DNA from: a bacterium
GTDB taxonomy: Bacteria; J088; JAWLBW01
Direction of reading: 5' to 3'
Assembly: GCA_041690355.1 (NCBI GenBank)
Contig: JAWLHK010000003.1
Location: 1 to 64,000, forward strand
DNA length: 64,000 nt
Part shown: positions 1 through 10,888 of the stretch, one piece after another
Position numbering within the stretch: position 1 is the first letter of the stretch
Layout: each line of letters opens with the position of its first letter
Translations under genes and position numbers: made by a program
Notes under the pieces: model-generated
The model's input: only the letters and a program-made list of their open reading frames with translations
Told to the model about the DNA's origin: nothing
Database searches by the model: none

Positions 1-239
1 GCCGACGACCGATCGGGATACGGAATCACGGCCAGAATCCGCTCGGGGGGATTCGCACGGGTGTAGCGGGCCCCTTTTCCCGCGCAGTGGCTGCGGTAGC
101 GCGCCTCGACGTCGACGGCAATGCCCGTGTAGATGGAGCCGCCCCGGCACTCGAGCAGATAGAGGTACCAGGTCCGGCCCGCGGGTCTCGCGGCGTCCGG
201 CCCCTCGGGCGCCGGCGTGTCACCGCCTGCCGAGGTCAC
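1..239 (-). CDS. GIY-YIG nuclease, YhbQ/UPF0213-like (partial; 3' end runs off the window; not in the ORF track)
   Basis: Manual translation from GTG at 239, which overlaps the scpB stop (GTGA): ...[42 protein letters not shown]..., matching the Y-x-L-x-C...YTG...R...H..GKGA.YT pattern. Confidence 0.85.
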   Translation of the reverse strand, partial: MTSAGGDTPAPEGPDAARPAGRTWYLYLLECRGGSIYTGIAVDVEARYRSHCAGKGARYTRANPPERILAVIPYPDRSS

Positions 240-1438
240 GCCGGGTCGGTCTCGTCGTCGTCGGGCCCCTCGGATTCGCCGCTGTCTTCATCGACGAACT
301 CGTCCGGTTCCCCTTCTTCTTCCCGGTCGGCGTAGGAATCGTAGGCCGGGGACTCTTGGTCATGGTGGGGGAGCTCGGACGAGGCCGGCTCCGAAGCCGC
401 TTGGTCATCGGTGACGACCCCCGCCTCTTCCGAAACCGGCGTCGCCTGGTCGGCGTCGCCGCCGGCATCCACGTCCCCGGCGCCGCCGCCATCGTCAGAA
501 CCCGCTCCGCCGGCGTCGGCCTCCTGGACCGCCTCGGCGGCCTCTTCTTCGGCTTCTTCTTCGTCGACCTCGCCGTCGCCGCCGCCGGTGACCTTCTCGA
601 TGTACTCCTTCTCGGAGTCGTCGAGCAGGGCCTCGGTTCGCTCGGCCACTTCCTTGCGGCGATTGAGTGCCTCTTCGAGTTCGTGCAGGGCCCCGTCGTC
701 ATCGGGCAGCGGCGGCGGCAGGCCCTCTTCGGCCGTCAGCGGCTCGTCGGGGACGATGGCCGCCGAGGCGAGCATCTGGCGCACGCTTTCGCGAATCTCG
801 CGGCGCCGATCCGAGTCGGTCTTGACCACCGGTTCGCCCGCTTCGCCCTCGGGGGGCTGCGGTATCCCCTCCTCGTCACCGCCCGTGGGCAGGGCGAGCT
901 GCTGGCCGCCGTCGTCTTCGAGTTCCCGCAGGTCGCGCAAGCTGGGCAGGCTGCCCAGATCGCGCAGCGAGAACACCTCGAGAAAGCGCTGCGTGGTGCC
1001 GTAGACGACCGGCTTGCCGGGGGCGTCTTTCTTGCCGATGATTTTGATCAGATTGCGATCGAGCAGGTTCTTGACAACGGCGCCCGAATCGACGCCGCGC
1101 AGGTCTTCGATCTCGGGGCGGGTGATCGGCTGCTTGTAGGCGATGATCGAAAGCGTTTCGAGCGAGGCGCGGCTCAGCTTCGACGGGCGGTCCTGCTTGG
1201 CGCGCTGCAGCCAGGCGCCGAACTCGGCCCGCGTGCGGAACTGCCATCCGCCGGCGACTTCGACCAGGGCGAACCCGCGGTTCATCGAACGCCATTCGGT
1301 CACGAGCGCGTCCATGATGACGCCGAGCTGTTCGCGGTCGATCTCGTCGAGCGACTGCGCCAGTTGCTCCATCGTGACCGGGGTCTCGCTCGAAAAGAGG
1401 ATCGCTTCGATGATGTTGCGGATCTTGTCCGGATTCAT
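236..1438 (-). CDS. scpB: SMC-Scp complex subunit ScpB with long acidic C-terminal extension
   Basis: [50 protein letters not shown] motifs; downstream of scpA. Confidence 0.95.
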   Translation of the reverse strand: MNPDKIRNIIEAILFSSETPVTMEQLAQSLDEIDREQLGVIMDALVTEWRSMNRGFALVEVAGGWQFRTRAEFGAWLQRAKQDRPSKLSRASLETLSIIAYKQPITRPEIEDLRGVDSGAVVKNLLDRNLIKIIGKKDAPGKPVVYGTTQRFLEVFSLRDLGSLPSLRDLRELEDDGGQQLALPTGGDEEGIPQPPEGEAGEPVVKTDSDRRREIRESVRQMLASAAIVPDEPLTAEEGLPPPLPDDDGALHELEEALNRRKEVAERTEALLDDSEKEYIEKVTGGGDGEVDEEEAEEEAAEAVQEADAGGAGSDDGGGAGDVDAGGDADQATPVSEEAGVVTDDQAASEPASSELPHHDQESPAYDSYADREEEGEPDEFVDEDSGESEGPDDDETDPA

Positions 1439-2276
1439 GCGTCAGTCTCGTCCCATTCTTCCTGGTCGGCCTCGTCGGCATCGCCTGCGCCGGCGGCCGC
1501 GCCCGAATCATAGTCTTCGAAGTTGACCCCCTGCAGGTTGTCGAAGTCGCCTACCGGCATGACGTGAATCATATTGCCCCGCGCCACCTGCTCGCACTTG
1601 ATGAGCCGCAGCTTCATCAGTTCGAGCAGCGAGAGAAAGGTAATGATGACCATCGGCCGGGTGCGGTCTTCGCTGAACAGTTCGAGAAATTCGACCCGTT
1701 CGCGGCCGCGCAGCACATCGATGACCTGGTAGATGCGCGCCGTGATCGAAACCGTCTCGCGGATCACCTCGTGCACCTTGGGCTCGGGCAGTCGCTCGAG
1801 CACGAGTTTGAGCGCCGAAACGAGATCGTACAAGGTCGCTTCGACCTTCTCATCGGAGAGGGGCACCGGAATTTCGGCCTCGGCGATCGCGGGGTGCGCG
1901 AAGACGTCGAAGTCGAGCAGCTCCCGATCTTCGAGCGAGATGGACGCCTCTTTGTACCGCTGATACTCGAGCAGGCGGCGAACCAGTTCGGCGCGCGGAT
2001 CTTCTTCTTCGGCGACGCCCTCGCCCTCTTCGCGCGGGAGCAGCATGCGGCTCTTGATCTGGGCGAGCGTGGCCGCCATGACGAGAAACTCGCCGGCCAC
2101 GTCGAGATTGAGCTCCTTCATGAGCTCGAGGTAGGCCAGGTACTCTCCCGTGATGTGCGCGATCGGGATGTCGTAGATGTCGAGTTCGTCCTTCTTGATC
2201 AGATAGAGCAGAAGGTCGAGCGGCCCCTCGAAGACCTCGACGTTGACGCGCAGACGCCTGGGAGCGACGACTTCCA

Positions 2277-2277
<1 letters not shown>
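1435..2277 (-). CDS. scpA: Segregation/condensation protein A
   Basis: FEGPLDLLLYLIKKDELDIYDIPI, EFLVMAATL..IKSRMLLP, DPRAELVRRLLEY; ATG at 2277 overlaps the trpS stop (TGATG). Confidence 0.95.
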
Positions 2278-3251
<974 letters not shown>

Positions 3252-3332
3252 ACTGCCTGGAGCTGCGTTGGGGAATCGGGGAATGAAAGAAGGTTATTAC
3301 TATAGCGAAAGGAGGTCGTCTTTTCCAGACGA

Positions 3333-4193
3333 TTACCGGTCGCGGGCCTCGATCAGGATGTCGCCCCGGTTGGTGAACAGGTCGATGCGCCCGTCCCCCG
3401 TTCTCGGGGTCAGGCCGCGGAGTTCGCCGGCCTCTTCGTCGGTGCGCTCCAGGTTCAATCCGTCGACCTCGATCTGCCCGGCAAGCGTATGGGCCAGCAT
3501 CTCGCCCCGGAACTCGCCGCGCAGGAGAAGACCGAGATCCCCCTCGGACGTCGAAAGCTGGATGCGCGGGTCGTCGTCGAGCGTCACTTCGGCCGCGCAC
3601 GGCGCGTGGGTCGTGCGGGCATCGAGGTCGCCGTGCAGCCCTTTGACCGTGACCCGGCCGTTGGTCGTCTCGAGCTCGAGCGAGCCCGCGTGGCCGTCGA
3701 CCCGCAGATCGCCGTTCGAGGTGCGCACGACGGCGTCGCCGGCCGTGCCCGTCAGCGAGACGCCGCCGTTGGAGCTTTCGATGCGTTCGACCGAAACCCG
3801 CACAAGCTCGACCGCGCCGTCCTGGGTCAGCGCCGAGACAGGAATTCCGGCCGGAACGCGAACGTCGAGGGCGACCTCCCACTCGAGCGCCCCGGGCAGC
3901 ACCAGTTCGAGAACCAGCGTGTCGCCGTCGAGTCGCTCGGTGATGCGGGCGTCGCCGAGGGAGCTGTCGACCTCGTGCTGCGACGTGACCGAAACGGCCC
4001 GCACGCTGACCGCCCCCGAGACGGCCTCACGATCTTCTTCGCCCGTGAGCGTTACAGAGCCGTTGTGCGCATGAACCTCGACGCGCGCGAACCCCTGCTC
4101 GGCGCCCTGAAATTCGAGCGTTCGGCTTCCGACATACTCGCCGCAGGCCGCCGCCAGAAGAAAAAGTGCCGCCAGAAGCGCCCGCGCTACCAC
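3333..4193 (-). CDS. Putative lipoprotein, DUF4097/adhesin-like beta-strand repeat
   Basis: Lipobox LAAAC after GTG start at 4193; repeated T[S/T]NG.[V/L] units (SSNGGV, TSNGDL, TTNGRV, TSEGDL, TNRGDI). Confidence 0.75.
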   Translation of the reverse strand: MVARALLAALFLLAAACGEYVGSRTLEFQGAEQGFARVEVHAHNGSVTLTGEEDREAVSGAVSVRAVSVTSQHEVDSSLGDARITERLDGDTLVLELVLPGALEWEVALDVRVPAGIPVSALTQDGAVELVRVSVERIESSNGGVSLTGTAGDAVVRTSNGDLRVDGHAGSLELETTNGRVTVKGLHGDLDARTTHAPCAAEVTLDDDPRIQLSTSEGDLGLLLRGEFRGEMLAHTLAGQIEVDGLNLERTDEEAGELRGLTPRTGDGRIDLFTNRGDILIEARDR

Positions 4194-4861
4194 GTCAACA
4201 CCAGGTAGTCGAGCCAGGTGAGCGGCGCGAACAGCACGCTGAACCAGGTGCCGAGCAGATAGAGGACGCCGAAAACGATGAGAATGCCGAACGGCTCGAT
4301 GCGTCCCCAGACGGCGGCCGCCCCGGCGGGAAGCACCTGTCCGACCATGCGTCCGCCGTCGAGCGGCGGGATGGGCAACAGGTTCAGCAGGGCGAGCCAG
4401 TAGTTCCAGCGCATGCCGGCGCGCGCGATGAGAATCAGCGGCACGGTCACGCGGGAGAGCGGATCGTCGGTCTGGATGGCCAGATCGCCCGGCGCGCCCA
4501 GGCCGAAGCGCAGCACCAGCACCATGCCCGCCCAGAAGAGCACCTGCAGGAGATTGCTGCCGGGTCCGGCAAAGGCGACGAGAAAGCCGTGCAGCCGGGG
4601 CCGCTTCAGGTTCCCCAGATTGACCGGCACGGGCCGCGCCCACCCGAAGAGCATGCCGATCTGAGTGACAAAGAGCACGAAGGGGACGACGATGGTTCCT
4701 ATCGGATCGATATGCCGCAGCGGATTCAGCGAAAGACGCCCCATCGTGCGCGCCGTCGGGTCACCGAAGCGATCGGCCACGAACCCGTGCGCCGCCTCGT
4801 GCAGCGTAATCGCCAGCAGAAGCGGAACGGCGTGAATGATGATGGTCTCGAGGATCTCCAC
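4187..4861 (-). CDS. Site-2 protease family (M50) membrane metalloprotease
   Basis: HEAAH zinc motif, GDPTA..GRLSLNPLRHIDP, NLLPIPPLDGG. Confidence 0.93.
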   Translation of the reverse strand: MEILETIIIHAVPLLLAITLHEAAHGFVADRFGDPTARTMGRLSLNPLRHIDPIGTIVVPFVLFVTQIGMLFGWARPVPVNLGNLKRPRLHGFLVAFAGPGSNLLQVLFWAGMVLVLRFGLGAPGDLAIQTDDPLSRVTVPLILIARAGMRWNYWLALLNLLPIPPLDGGRMVGQVLPAGAAAVWGRIEPFGILIVFGVLYLLGTWFSVLFAPLTWLDYLVLTW

Positions 4862-6127
4862 TTATCCTCCCGAAGCGCCGAGGCGTTCGCGGATGGCCGC
4901 GGCGCCGAGGGGCGCGCGTACCTGCTCGCCCGTCGCCATGTCCTTGAGGCTCATTTCTCCCGCCGCCACTTCGTCGTCGCCCAGCAGTACGACCAGGGCC
5001 GCTCCCACCCGGTTGGCCGCTTTCATCTGGGCCTTCAGCCCCGCCCGGTTCAAATCTTCTTCGACACGCACGCCGGCCGTGCGCAGCTCGTTCACGAGCC
5101 GCCCCCCGGCAGCCTCGGCCTGCGCGCCGAGCACGGCGACGAAGACGGTGGGCACCGGCGCGACGAGCGCGGCGGCCCGATCACCCAGCAGAAGGAGGAG
5201 CCGTTCGACGCCGCAGGCAAATCCGACGGCCGGCGTCTGGGGTCCCCCCAGTTCGGCGACGAGATTGTCGTAGCGCCCCCCCGCCGACAGCGTGTTCTTG
5301 GCCCCCAGCCCGGTCGAGGTGAACTCGAAGACGAGCATGGTGTAGTAGTCGAGGCCGCGCACCATCTGCGGATTGACGCGGTAGGCGATGCCCAGGGCGT
5401 CGAGGCGCTCGGTCACGGCCGTAAAGTGGGCGCGGCTCGCCTCGTCGGCGAAGTCGAGAATCGAGGGGGCCGCCTGCAGCACGGGCTGGCAGCCGGGCAC
5501 CTTGCAGTCGAGCGCCCGCAGGGGGTTCGTGTCGGTGCGCCGCACGCAATCGCCGCACAGCGCGCCGTGGTGTACCCGCAGGTGCTCGCGCAGCGCGTCT
5601 CCGTACTGCTTGCGGCTGGCCGGACTGCCCAGATTGTTCAGCTCGAGCTCGAGCCCGGGCACGCCGAGTTCGGAAAAGAGCGTGTGCTGGAGCGCGATCA
5701 CCTCGACGTCGGCGCGCGGCGTCGCCAGGCCGTAGACCTCGGCGCCGAACTGGTGAAACTGGCGCAGCCTGCCCTTCTGGGCCCGCTCGTAGCGGAACAT
5801 GGGGCCCATGTAGAAGAAGCGGTGCACCGGCCGCACGCCGTGCAGCTTGTGCTCGAGATAGGCGCGCACGACCGCGGCCGTGCCTTCGGGGCGCATGGTG
5901 ACCGAGCGGTCGCCCCGGTCGGTGAAGGTATACATCTCCTTCGAGACGATGTCGGTCTCGTCGCCGATGGAGCGCTGGAAGAGATCGGTGTGCTCCAGAA
6001 TCGGCGTCCGGATCTCTTCGTATCCGAACCGCTGAAAGGTGTCTGCCGCCATCTGCTCCACCGCACGCCAGATCCGTCCCTCCGGTGGGAGGACGTCCTG
6101 CATGCCCTTGACGCCGGAAACCGCCAT
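4862..6127 (-). CDS. hisS: Histidine--tRNA ligase
   Basis: MRPEGTA, GPMFRYERAQKGRLRQFHQ, VRGLDYY, GGRYD; ATG at 6127. Confidence 0.98.
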   Translation of the reverse strand: MAVSGVKGMQDVLPPEGRIWRAVEQMAADTFQRFGYEEIRTPILEHTDLFQRSIGDETDIVSKEMYTFTDRGDRSVTMRPEGTAAVVRAYLEHKLHGVRPVHRFFYMGPMFRYERAQKGRLRQFHQFGAEVYGLATPRADVEVIALQHTLFSELGVPGLELELNNLGSPASRKQYGDALREHLRVHHGALCGDCVRRTDTNPLRALDCKVPGCQPVLQAAPSILDFADEASRAHFTAVTERLDALGIAYRVNPQMVRGLDYYTMLVFEFTSTGLGAKNTLSAGGRYDNLVAELGGPQTPAVGFACGVERLLLLLGDRAAALVAPVPTVFVAVLGAQAEAAGGRLVNELRTAGVRVEEDLNRAGLKAQMKAANRVGAALVVLLGDDEVAAGEMSLKDMATGEQVRAPLGAAAIRERLGASGG

Positions 6128-6228
6128 GTGCCTGAAAACCCAGAATGAAAGAGAGGAAAACGTACATTGTTTCATATTCCCCGGGTGACCGCTATGGCGG
6201 TGGAACGGCCCCGATCGGGGGCCGCGGT

Positions 6229-6449
6229 TGTGGGAAAAACGCGGATTTCAAAAAAATTCAGGCGTTGTCCCCCACACTAGGCGCGATTGCTGAACCACTC
6301 GACGAGAAATCAGCTGCAAGTATTTGGAATTCCGCGGCTTGACCCCGATGCATAGTTTTCATGCAATCTGTGAAGATCGGCGTGTTACCGGGCCGTTTCG
6401 GAGCGTCGGGCAATCTTATCCACAGGTTCTCCACAAAAACTGTGAATTG
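6229..6449. promoter_or_regulatory. Cluster of DnaA-box-like 9-mers
   Basis: Perfect TTATCCACA at 6416-6424, TTCTCCACA at 6427-6435, inverted TGTGAATTG at 6441-6449, weaker inverted boxes at 6229-6237 and 6369-6377. Confidence 0.55.
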
Positions 6450-6517
6450 CGCGCCCGGGGATGCAGGCGCCAGGAGCGGCATGGTATACTCGTCAGGTTT
6501 TTACTTTGGAAATCTGC

Positions 6518-7471
6518 ATGCCGCGTGTCGCTCTGGTCGTGGCCGCGTTGCTGGCGCTCATCGCCTGCACCCACCGTTCGCCCGCGACTTCTCCGTCCGC
6601 TGAATCCCCTGCGCAGCCCGCAGCCGATCACTTCGTCGGCTCGTCGGCGTGCGCGGGTTGTCATCAGGAAGCCCATGCCTCCTGGTCGAGCACGTGGATG
6701 GGCCGCTCCGTGCGCCCGCCGCAACCCGAGGAGCTCAACCGGGTCGCCAACTCGATTCTCTGCGGCGGCATGCGGGTCGACGCGGTTCTGGGGGGCAAGC
6801 TCACCCTGCGCTATCTGCAGAAGCGCGGCGACGGATACGTCTTTCTCCCCTGCGAATGGGACGCCATCAACAAGCAGGTGCAGCCGTTTCGCCCGGGCGA
6901 CTGGCAGACTTTCTCGTTCGACGAGAAGTGCGCGGCCTGCCACACGACCGGCTGGGACGCGAAGACGACGCGCTGGCTCGAACCGGGCGTCGGCTGCGAG
7001 AGCTGTCACGGCCCCGCCTCGCGCCATGGCGCCTACCAGAACGCCGGCGGCATGGTGAAGTTTGCGGAACTGTCGCCGGTGAACGAGGCGATGATCTGCA
7101 GCTCGTGCCACCTCCAGGGCGGTTATTCGCTGAAGAGCGAACGCCGGTTTCCCGAGGGCTATACGCCGGGCGACAACCTGTTCGCCATCTACCGCTATCC
7201 GTGGGAAGAGCTCGAAAACGAGGCCCGCGGGATGATCGAGGGGCGCACGGTCGGCAACCCCGTCGACGTGCACCAGAAGATACACATGAAACTTCTGCTC
7301 GACGGCAGAAACGACCTCAAGTGCACGAGCTGTCACGACGTGCACGCGGGCAAGACGGCCAGGCACACGGCCCTGCCGCGGCAGGAATTCTGCTACCAGT
7401 GCCACACGAACGAAAACGGGCAGCTCGGCCTGAAGGAATATCAGGTCGCCTGCCCCATCTGCGAGTTCTAA
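6518..7471 (+). CDS. Multiheme c-type cytochrome lipoprotein (6 CxxCH)
   Basis: Lipobox LIAC; CAGCH, CAACH, CESCH, CSSCH, CTSCH, CYQCH; extended -10 TGgTATACT at 6482-6490. Confidence 0.88.
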   Translation: MPRVALVVAALLALIACTHRSPATSPSAESPAQPAADHFVGSSACAGCHQEAHASWSSTWMGRSVRPPQPEELNRVANSILCGGMRVDAVLGGKLTLRYLQKRGDGYVFLPCEWDAINKQVQPFRPGDWQTFSFDEKCAACHTTGWDAKTTRWLEPGVGCESCHGPASRHGAYQNAGGMVKFAELSPVNEAMICSSCHLQGGYSLKSERRFPEGYTPGDNLFAIYRYPWEELENEARGMIEGRTVGNPVDVHQKIHMKLLLDGRNDLKCTSCHDVHAGKTARHTALPRQEFCYQCHTNENGQLGLKEYQVACPICEF

Positions 7472-7483
7472 CGAGGAAGAAAA

Positions 7484-8527
7484 GTGGTCTCCATGTTCAA
7501 AAAATCCGTCTGGGTGCTCAGCGCCTTTCTTCTGATCTCTACCTCGGGCGCCGCCGTCGCACAGCGCGGTCCCGATCTCGGCGACAAGGTCAACCCCGTG
7601 CCGACGCGTCTGCTGCGCCACCAGCCGCCGTTCAAGCCCGAGCCGGTCGGCTTCAAGCTCGACGAGGTCATCGGCAAGCGCGCTGCCATCTTCCTCTACT
7701 GGCTGCCCGACTTTCCGGGCGCGGTACGCGAGCTCGAGAACCTGAATGAGTTCGCCCGTTCGCTCAAGGGCGACAAGGTCGCGGTCTACACGGTCGCCCG
7801 CGCGCGCGACGACGCCGAAGCCGCCAAGGTGCTCGACATCGTGCAGAAGAGCGGCATCTCGCTGCCGGTGCTTCTCGACGACATGTCGATCATGATGGCG
7901 CTGGGCGTGAACACCGTGCCCGCCTACGTGGCCGTGAACAAGGACGGCACCGTGGCCGTCAACGAAATCGGCGATCTGAGCCACAAGGTGCAGTCGGGCG
8001 AACGCCTGAAGGATCTCGTCACGCAGGCGGCCAGGACGGGCAGCTTCCCGGTCATCAAGGGACCCGGGGCCAACGCGGTCTACCAGCTCATGGGCGAGAA
8101 GGTTCCCTCCTTCGAGCTGAAGACGCTCGACGGCAAGCAGACGGTGAATATCGACAAGGTGGTCGCCGGCAAGAAGCCGACGGTGCTCGTCTTCTGGAGC
8201 GCCCTGTGCCCCCACTGCCAGAAAGAAATGCCGCGCTTCAACGAGTACCTGCGCAAGAATCCGGGCAAGCTGAACATCGTCTCGGTCACCCAGTTCCGCG
8301 ACGGGGCCCACGAGCGGCGCACGCACGAGTTCGTCAAGGACAATAAGCTTTCGTTTCCGGTGCTCGTCGATTCGGGCGCGGTCAACGAGCTGTTCTCGGT
8401 CAACGCCATCCCGATGTGGCTGCTCCTCGATCCGGGCGGCAAAGTCAGCTACATCACCGTCGGCGCCAAGGGCGATCTGCCCCAGGTGCTCGACCGCGAG
8501 CTGGCCCGGGCGAGCCGCCGCAAATAG
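7484..8527 (+). CDS. Exported tandem thioredoxin-fold (TlpA/ResA-like) protein
   Basis: Signal peptide; two redoxin-like domains; domain 2 has FWSALCPHC..EMP; alternative ATG at 7493. Confidence 0.8.
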   Translation: MVSMFKKSVWVLSAFLLISTSGAAVAQRGPDLGDKVNPVPTRLLRHQPPFKPEPVGFKLDEVIGKRAAIFLYWLPDFPGAVRELENLNEFARSLKGDKVAVYTVARARDDAEAAKVLDIVQKSGISLPVLLDDMSIMMALGVNTVPAYVAVNKDGTVAVNEIGDLSHKVQSGERLKDLVTQAARTGSFPVIKGPGANAVYQLMGEKVPSFELKTLDGKQTVNIDKVVAGKKPTVLVFWSALCPHCQKEMPRFNEYLRKNPGKLNIVSVTQFRDGAHERRTHEFVKDNKLSFPVLVDSGAVNELFSVNAIPMWLLLDPGGKVSYITVGAKGDLPQVLDRELARASRRK

Positions 8528-8556
8528 CGGCCGGGCGCGCGCGGCGCGGATTCTGA

Positions 8557-8597
8557 GGGGGGGGGGGAACCGGAGAGCCGGTACCCCCCTTTTTTTC
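8557..8597 (+). terminator. Probable intrinsic terminator
   Basis: G-run-aaccgg / ccggt-a-C-run stem followed by a T tract after the redoxin gene. Confidence 0.65.
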
Positions 8598-8667
8598 GTG
8601 CGGGTTCCCGACCCGGCGCCGGGCGGGAAAAGCGATAGGCTGGCGGAGCCCTAAGGCACTGTCCCCA

Positions 8668-8696
8668 TTGACATTTTGTATACCGCATGCTAACTT
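8668..8696 (+). promoter_or_regulatory. Sigma70-type promoter for the exbB/exbD/exbD operon
   Basis: TTGACA-N17-TAACTT with TG extension. Confidence 0.65.
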
Positions 8697-8832
8697 GTCT
8701 GTCGATTTGAGGCCTGTGGACTCGCAGACCGAGCCCCCGCCGTAACGAAACATCCTTGTTTTACTCATCACCTTCACACCAGTACTTTCCCCGATCCATT
8801 CCAGAAGTCGCGGACGTCAAGGAGACGTGGTC

Positions 8833-9612
8833 ATGAAGAAGTTTCTCGCTGTTCTCATCCTGGCTTTCGGTTTCGCGGTGCCCACCACCGCCCTGCTCAC
8901 CGTGAGCACGATTTCCGTTGCCGAGGCCCAGGACGCACCGGCGGCGCCGGCTGCCAAGGGTCCCGCCAACAGTGAAGGCGCCATCGCCCGCCTCGCCGAG
9001 TTCTATCAGGCCGGCGGCTGGGTCATGCACGTCATCACGCTGGCCCTGGCGATCATGCTGGCGCTGAGTATCGAGCGCACCTATTACCTGTTCATCAAGA
9101 CGAAGGTCAACAAGCACCAGTTTCTGGCGCAGGTCATCGGCGACATCAACGCCGGCAAGCTCGACAGCGCCATCGCCTACGCGTCGAAGTCGCAGAGCCC
9201 GATGGCGAAGATCATCAAGGCCGGCCTCGAAAAAGCCAAGGCCGGCGACAAGGACTTCGTCGACGCCATGGACCAGGCCTCGCTGGCGAACGTCCCCTTT
9301 CTCGAACGCAACACGCCGTATCTGGCCACCATCGGTAACGTCGCGACCCTGCTCGGGCTGCTTGGTACGGTGCTCGGGCTGATCGGCGCGTTCGGCGCGA
9401 CCGCCTACGCCGACCCGTCGCAGAAGGCCACGCTGCTGTCGCTCTCCATTTCCGAAGCCATGAACACCACCGCCTACGGGATGGTGGTCGCCATTCCGTC
9501 GCTCATCTCGTTCGCCATCCTGAACGGTAAGACGCAGCGCGTGCTCGAAGACATTCAGGAAGCCTCGTCGCTGGTCATCGAGAAGCTGAACAAGAAGGTT
9601 CAGAAGGTCTGA
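8833..9612 (+). CDS. MotA/TolQ/ExbB proton channel protein (AglR-like)
   Basis: LATIGNVATLLGLLGTVLGLIGAF, ISEAMNTTAYG; N-terminal signal-like extension; AAGGAGA RBS. Confidence 0.92.
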   Translation: MKKFLAVLILAFGFAVPTTALLTVSTISVAEAQDAPAAPAAKGPANSEGAIARLAEFYQAGGWVMHVITLALAIMLALSIERTYYLFIKTKVNKHQFLAQVIGDINAGKLDSAIAYASKSQSPMAKIIKAGLEKAKAGDKDFVDAMDQASLANVPFLERNTPYLATIGNVATLLGLLGTVLGLIGAFGATAYADPSQKATLLSLSISEAMNTTAYGMVVAIPSLISFAILNGKTQRVLEDIQEASSLVIEKLNKKVQKV

Positions 9613-9615
9613 TTC

Positions 9616-10131
9616 ATGAGTTCGCCTGTTTCCAAAGGCGGTCTGCTGAAGCGCAGCAAGCAGGGCGAAAAGCGTCTTTTCGACGTCGCCATGAACATCA
9701 CGCCCATGACCGACGTGATGGCCTCGATCCTCTGCTTCCTCCTCGTCTCGGCCACGTACGTGCAGTACGCCAAGATGGATGCCAATCTCCCGAGCACGGG
9801 AGCGTCGGCCGCCCTGGCCGATACGCCCGAAGACGAGCAGGAAAAGCTCGAGCTGCAGCTGCTGCTCACCAAGAGCAAGAAAATCATGGTCGACCGCGGC
9901 AACGGTCTCGAAGAGCTCGAGGTCGCCGAGGGAGATACCTTCAACTGGGCGAAGCTTGACGAGGTGCTCAAGGAGATCCGTCAGCAGTACCCCGACCACA
10001 AGGACGCCATTCTCTCGGCCGATCCCGATATCGAATACGAATTCGTGGTCGCCGCCATGGACGTCTGCATCGCCAACAAGATTTCGAACGTCTCCCTCGC
10101 GGCCAGCGCCGTGAAGGGCGCCGGTGAATAA
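9616..10131 (+). CDS. ExbD/TolR family protein (AglQ-like)
   Basis: MNITPMTDVM TM segment with the conserved Asp; LSADPDIEYEFVVAAMD. Confidence 0.88.
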   Translation: MSSPVSKGGLLKRSKQGEKRLFDVAMNITPMTDVMASILCFLLVSATYVQYAKMDANLPSTGASAALADTPEDEQEKLELQLLLTKSKKIMVDRGNGLEELEVAEGDTFNWAKLDEVLKEIRQQYPDHKDAILSADPDIEYEFVVAAMDVCIANKISNVSLAASAVKGAGE

Positions 10132-10145
10132 GAAAGGAGCGGACT

Positions 10146-10604
10146 GTGGCAAGACACTCCGAACCTGAACTTCCCATGGCGCCCATGGTGGCGCTCTTCG
10201 TGCTGCTGGTCGTGTTCATGATTCAGTTCTACGCCGCCTCGGGCATGACCATGGACCTGCCGAAGGACCTGGCCCTGCCCAAGTCGTCGAGCACCGAGAT
10301 TGTCGAGCAGGCCGTCAAGATCGAGGTCACGAACGACTATGTCGCCGTCGAGGGGAACAATGTTGCCTCGGTGGCCGAGCTCAACGGCACCGACCTGCGC
10401 ATCCCGGGCCTGATCGCGTTTCTGACCAGGCACCGCGAGCGCACCGAGGCCATCTCTGCCCGTAACCCGAACGTCCAGTTCGAGGGCAAGGCGCTGCTCG
10501 TCGGCGACAAGAAGGTCAAGTACGACACGATCACGCGCGTCATGTACTCGAGCGGCCTGGCCGGCTTCAACCAGATCAACATGGTCGTGGTGCAGAAGCA
10601 GTAA
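10146..10604 (+). CDS. Second ExbD/TolR family protein (AglS-like)
   Basis: ELPMAPMVALFVLLVVF TM segment, LALPKS, LLVGDKKVKYDTITRVM. Confidence 0.85.
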   Translation: MARHSEPELPMAPMVALFVLLVVFMIQFYAASGMTMDLPKDLALPKSSSTEIVEQAVKIEVTNDYVAVEGNNVASVAELNGTDLRIPGLIAFLTRHRERTEAISARNPNVQFEGKALLVGDKKVKYDTITRVMYSSGLAGFNQINMVVVQKQ

Positions 10605-10630
10605 CCCGCCCGCTCTCGTGCGATTTTCCA

Positions 10631-10653
10631 GCCCCGCTTCGGCGGGGCTTTTT
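10631..10653 (+). terminator. Intrinsic terminator
   Basis: GCCCCGC-TTCG-GCGGGGC followed by TTTTT. Confidence 0.85.
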
Positions 10654-10888
10654 GTTGGGGGGTGGGCCGCCCGTCTCCGCCTGCGCCGTTCGGCCTGCCC
10701 CGGCCCGGTATGGCCGCCCTCATGCGACGGGAGCGGAAGCTCGCGGGCGACCAGGCGTCACCCGTCTCTTGACCACTGGGCTCAACGATGGGCGCGCTAG
10801 CACGGCCGTGGGGCGCATGGCGCGGCGGCGCGCGCCGGGATGCAGAAGCGTTGCGATGGATGGCCGACGGCCGCGGCCGCCCGCACGC

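Noticed and set aside
8700-8826. Riboswitch in the long leader of the exbB-like gene
   Set aside because: No recognisable aptamer consensus by eye; an Rfam search would be needed
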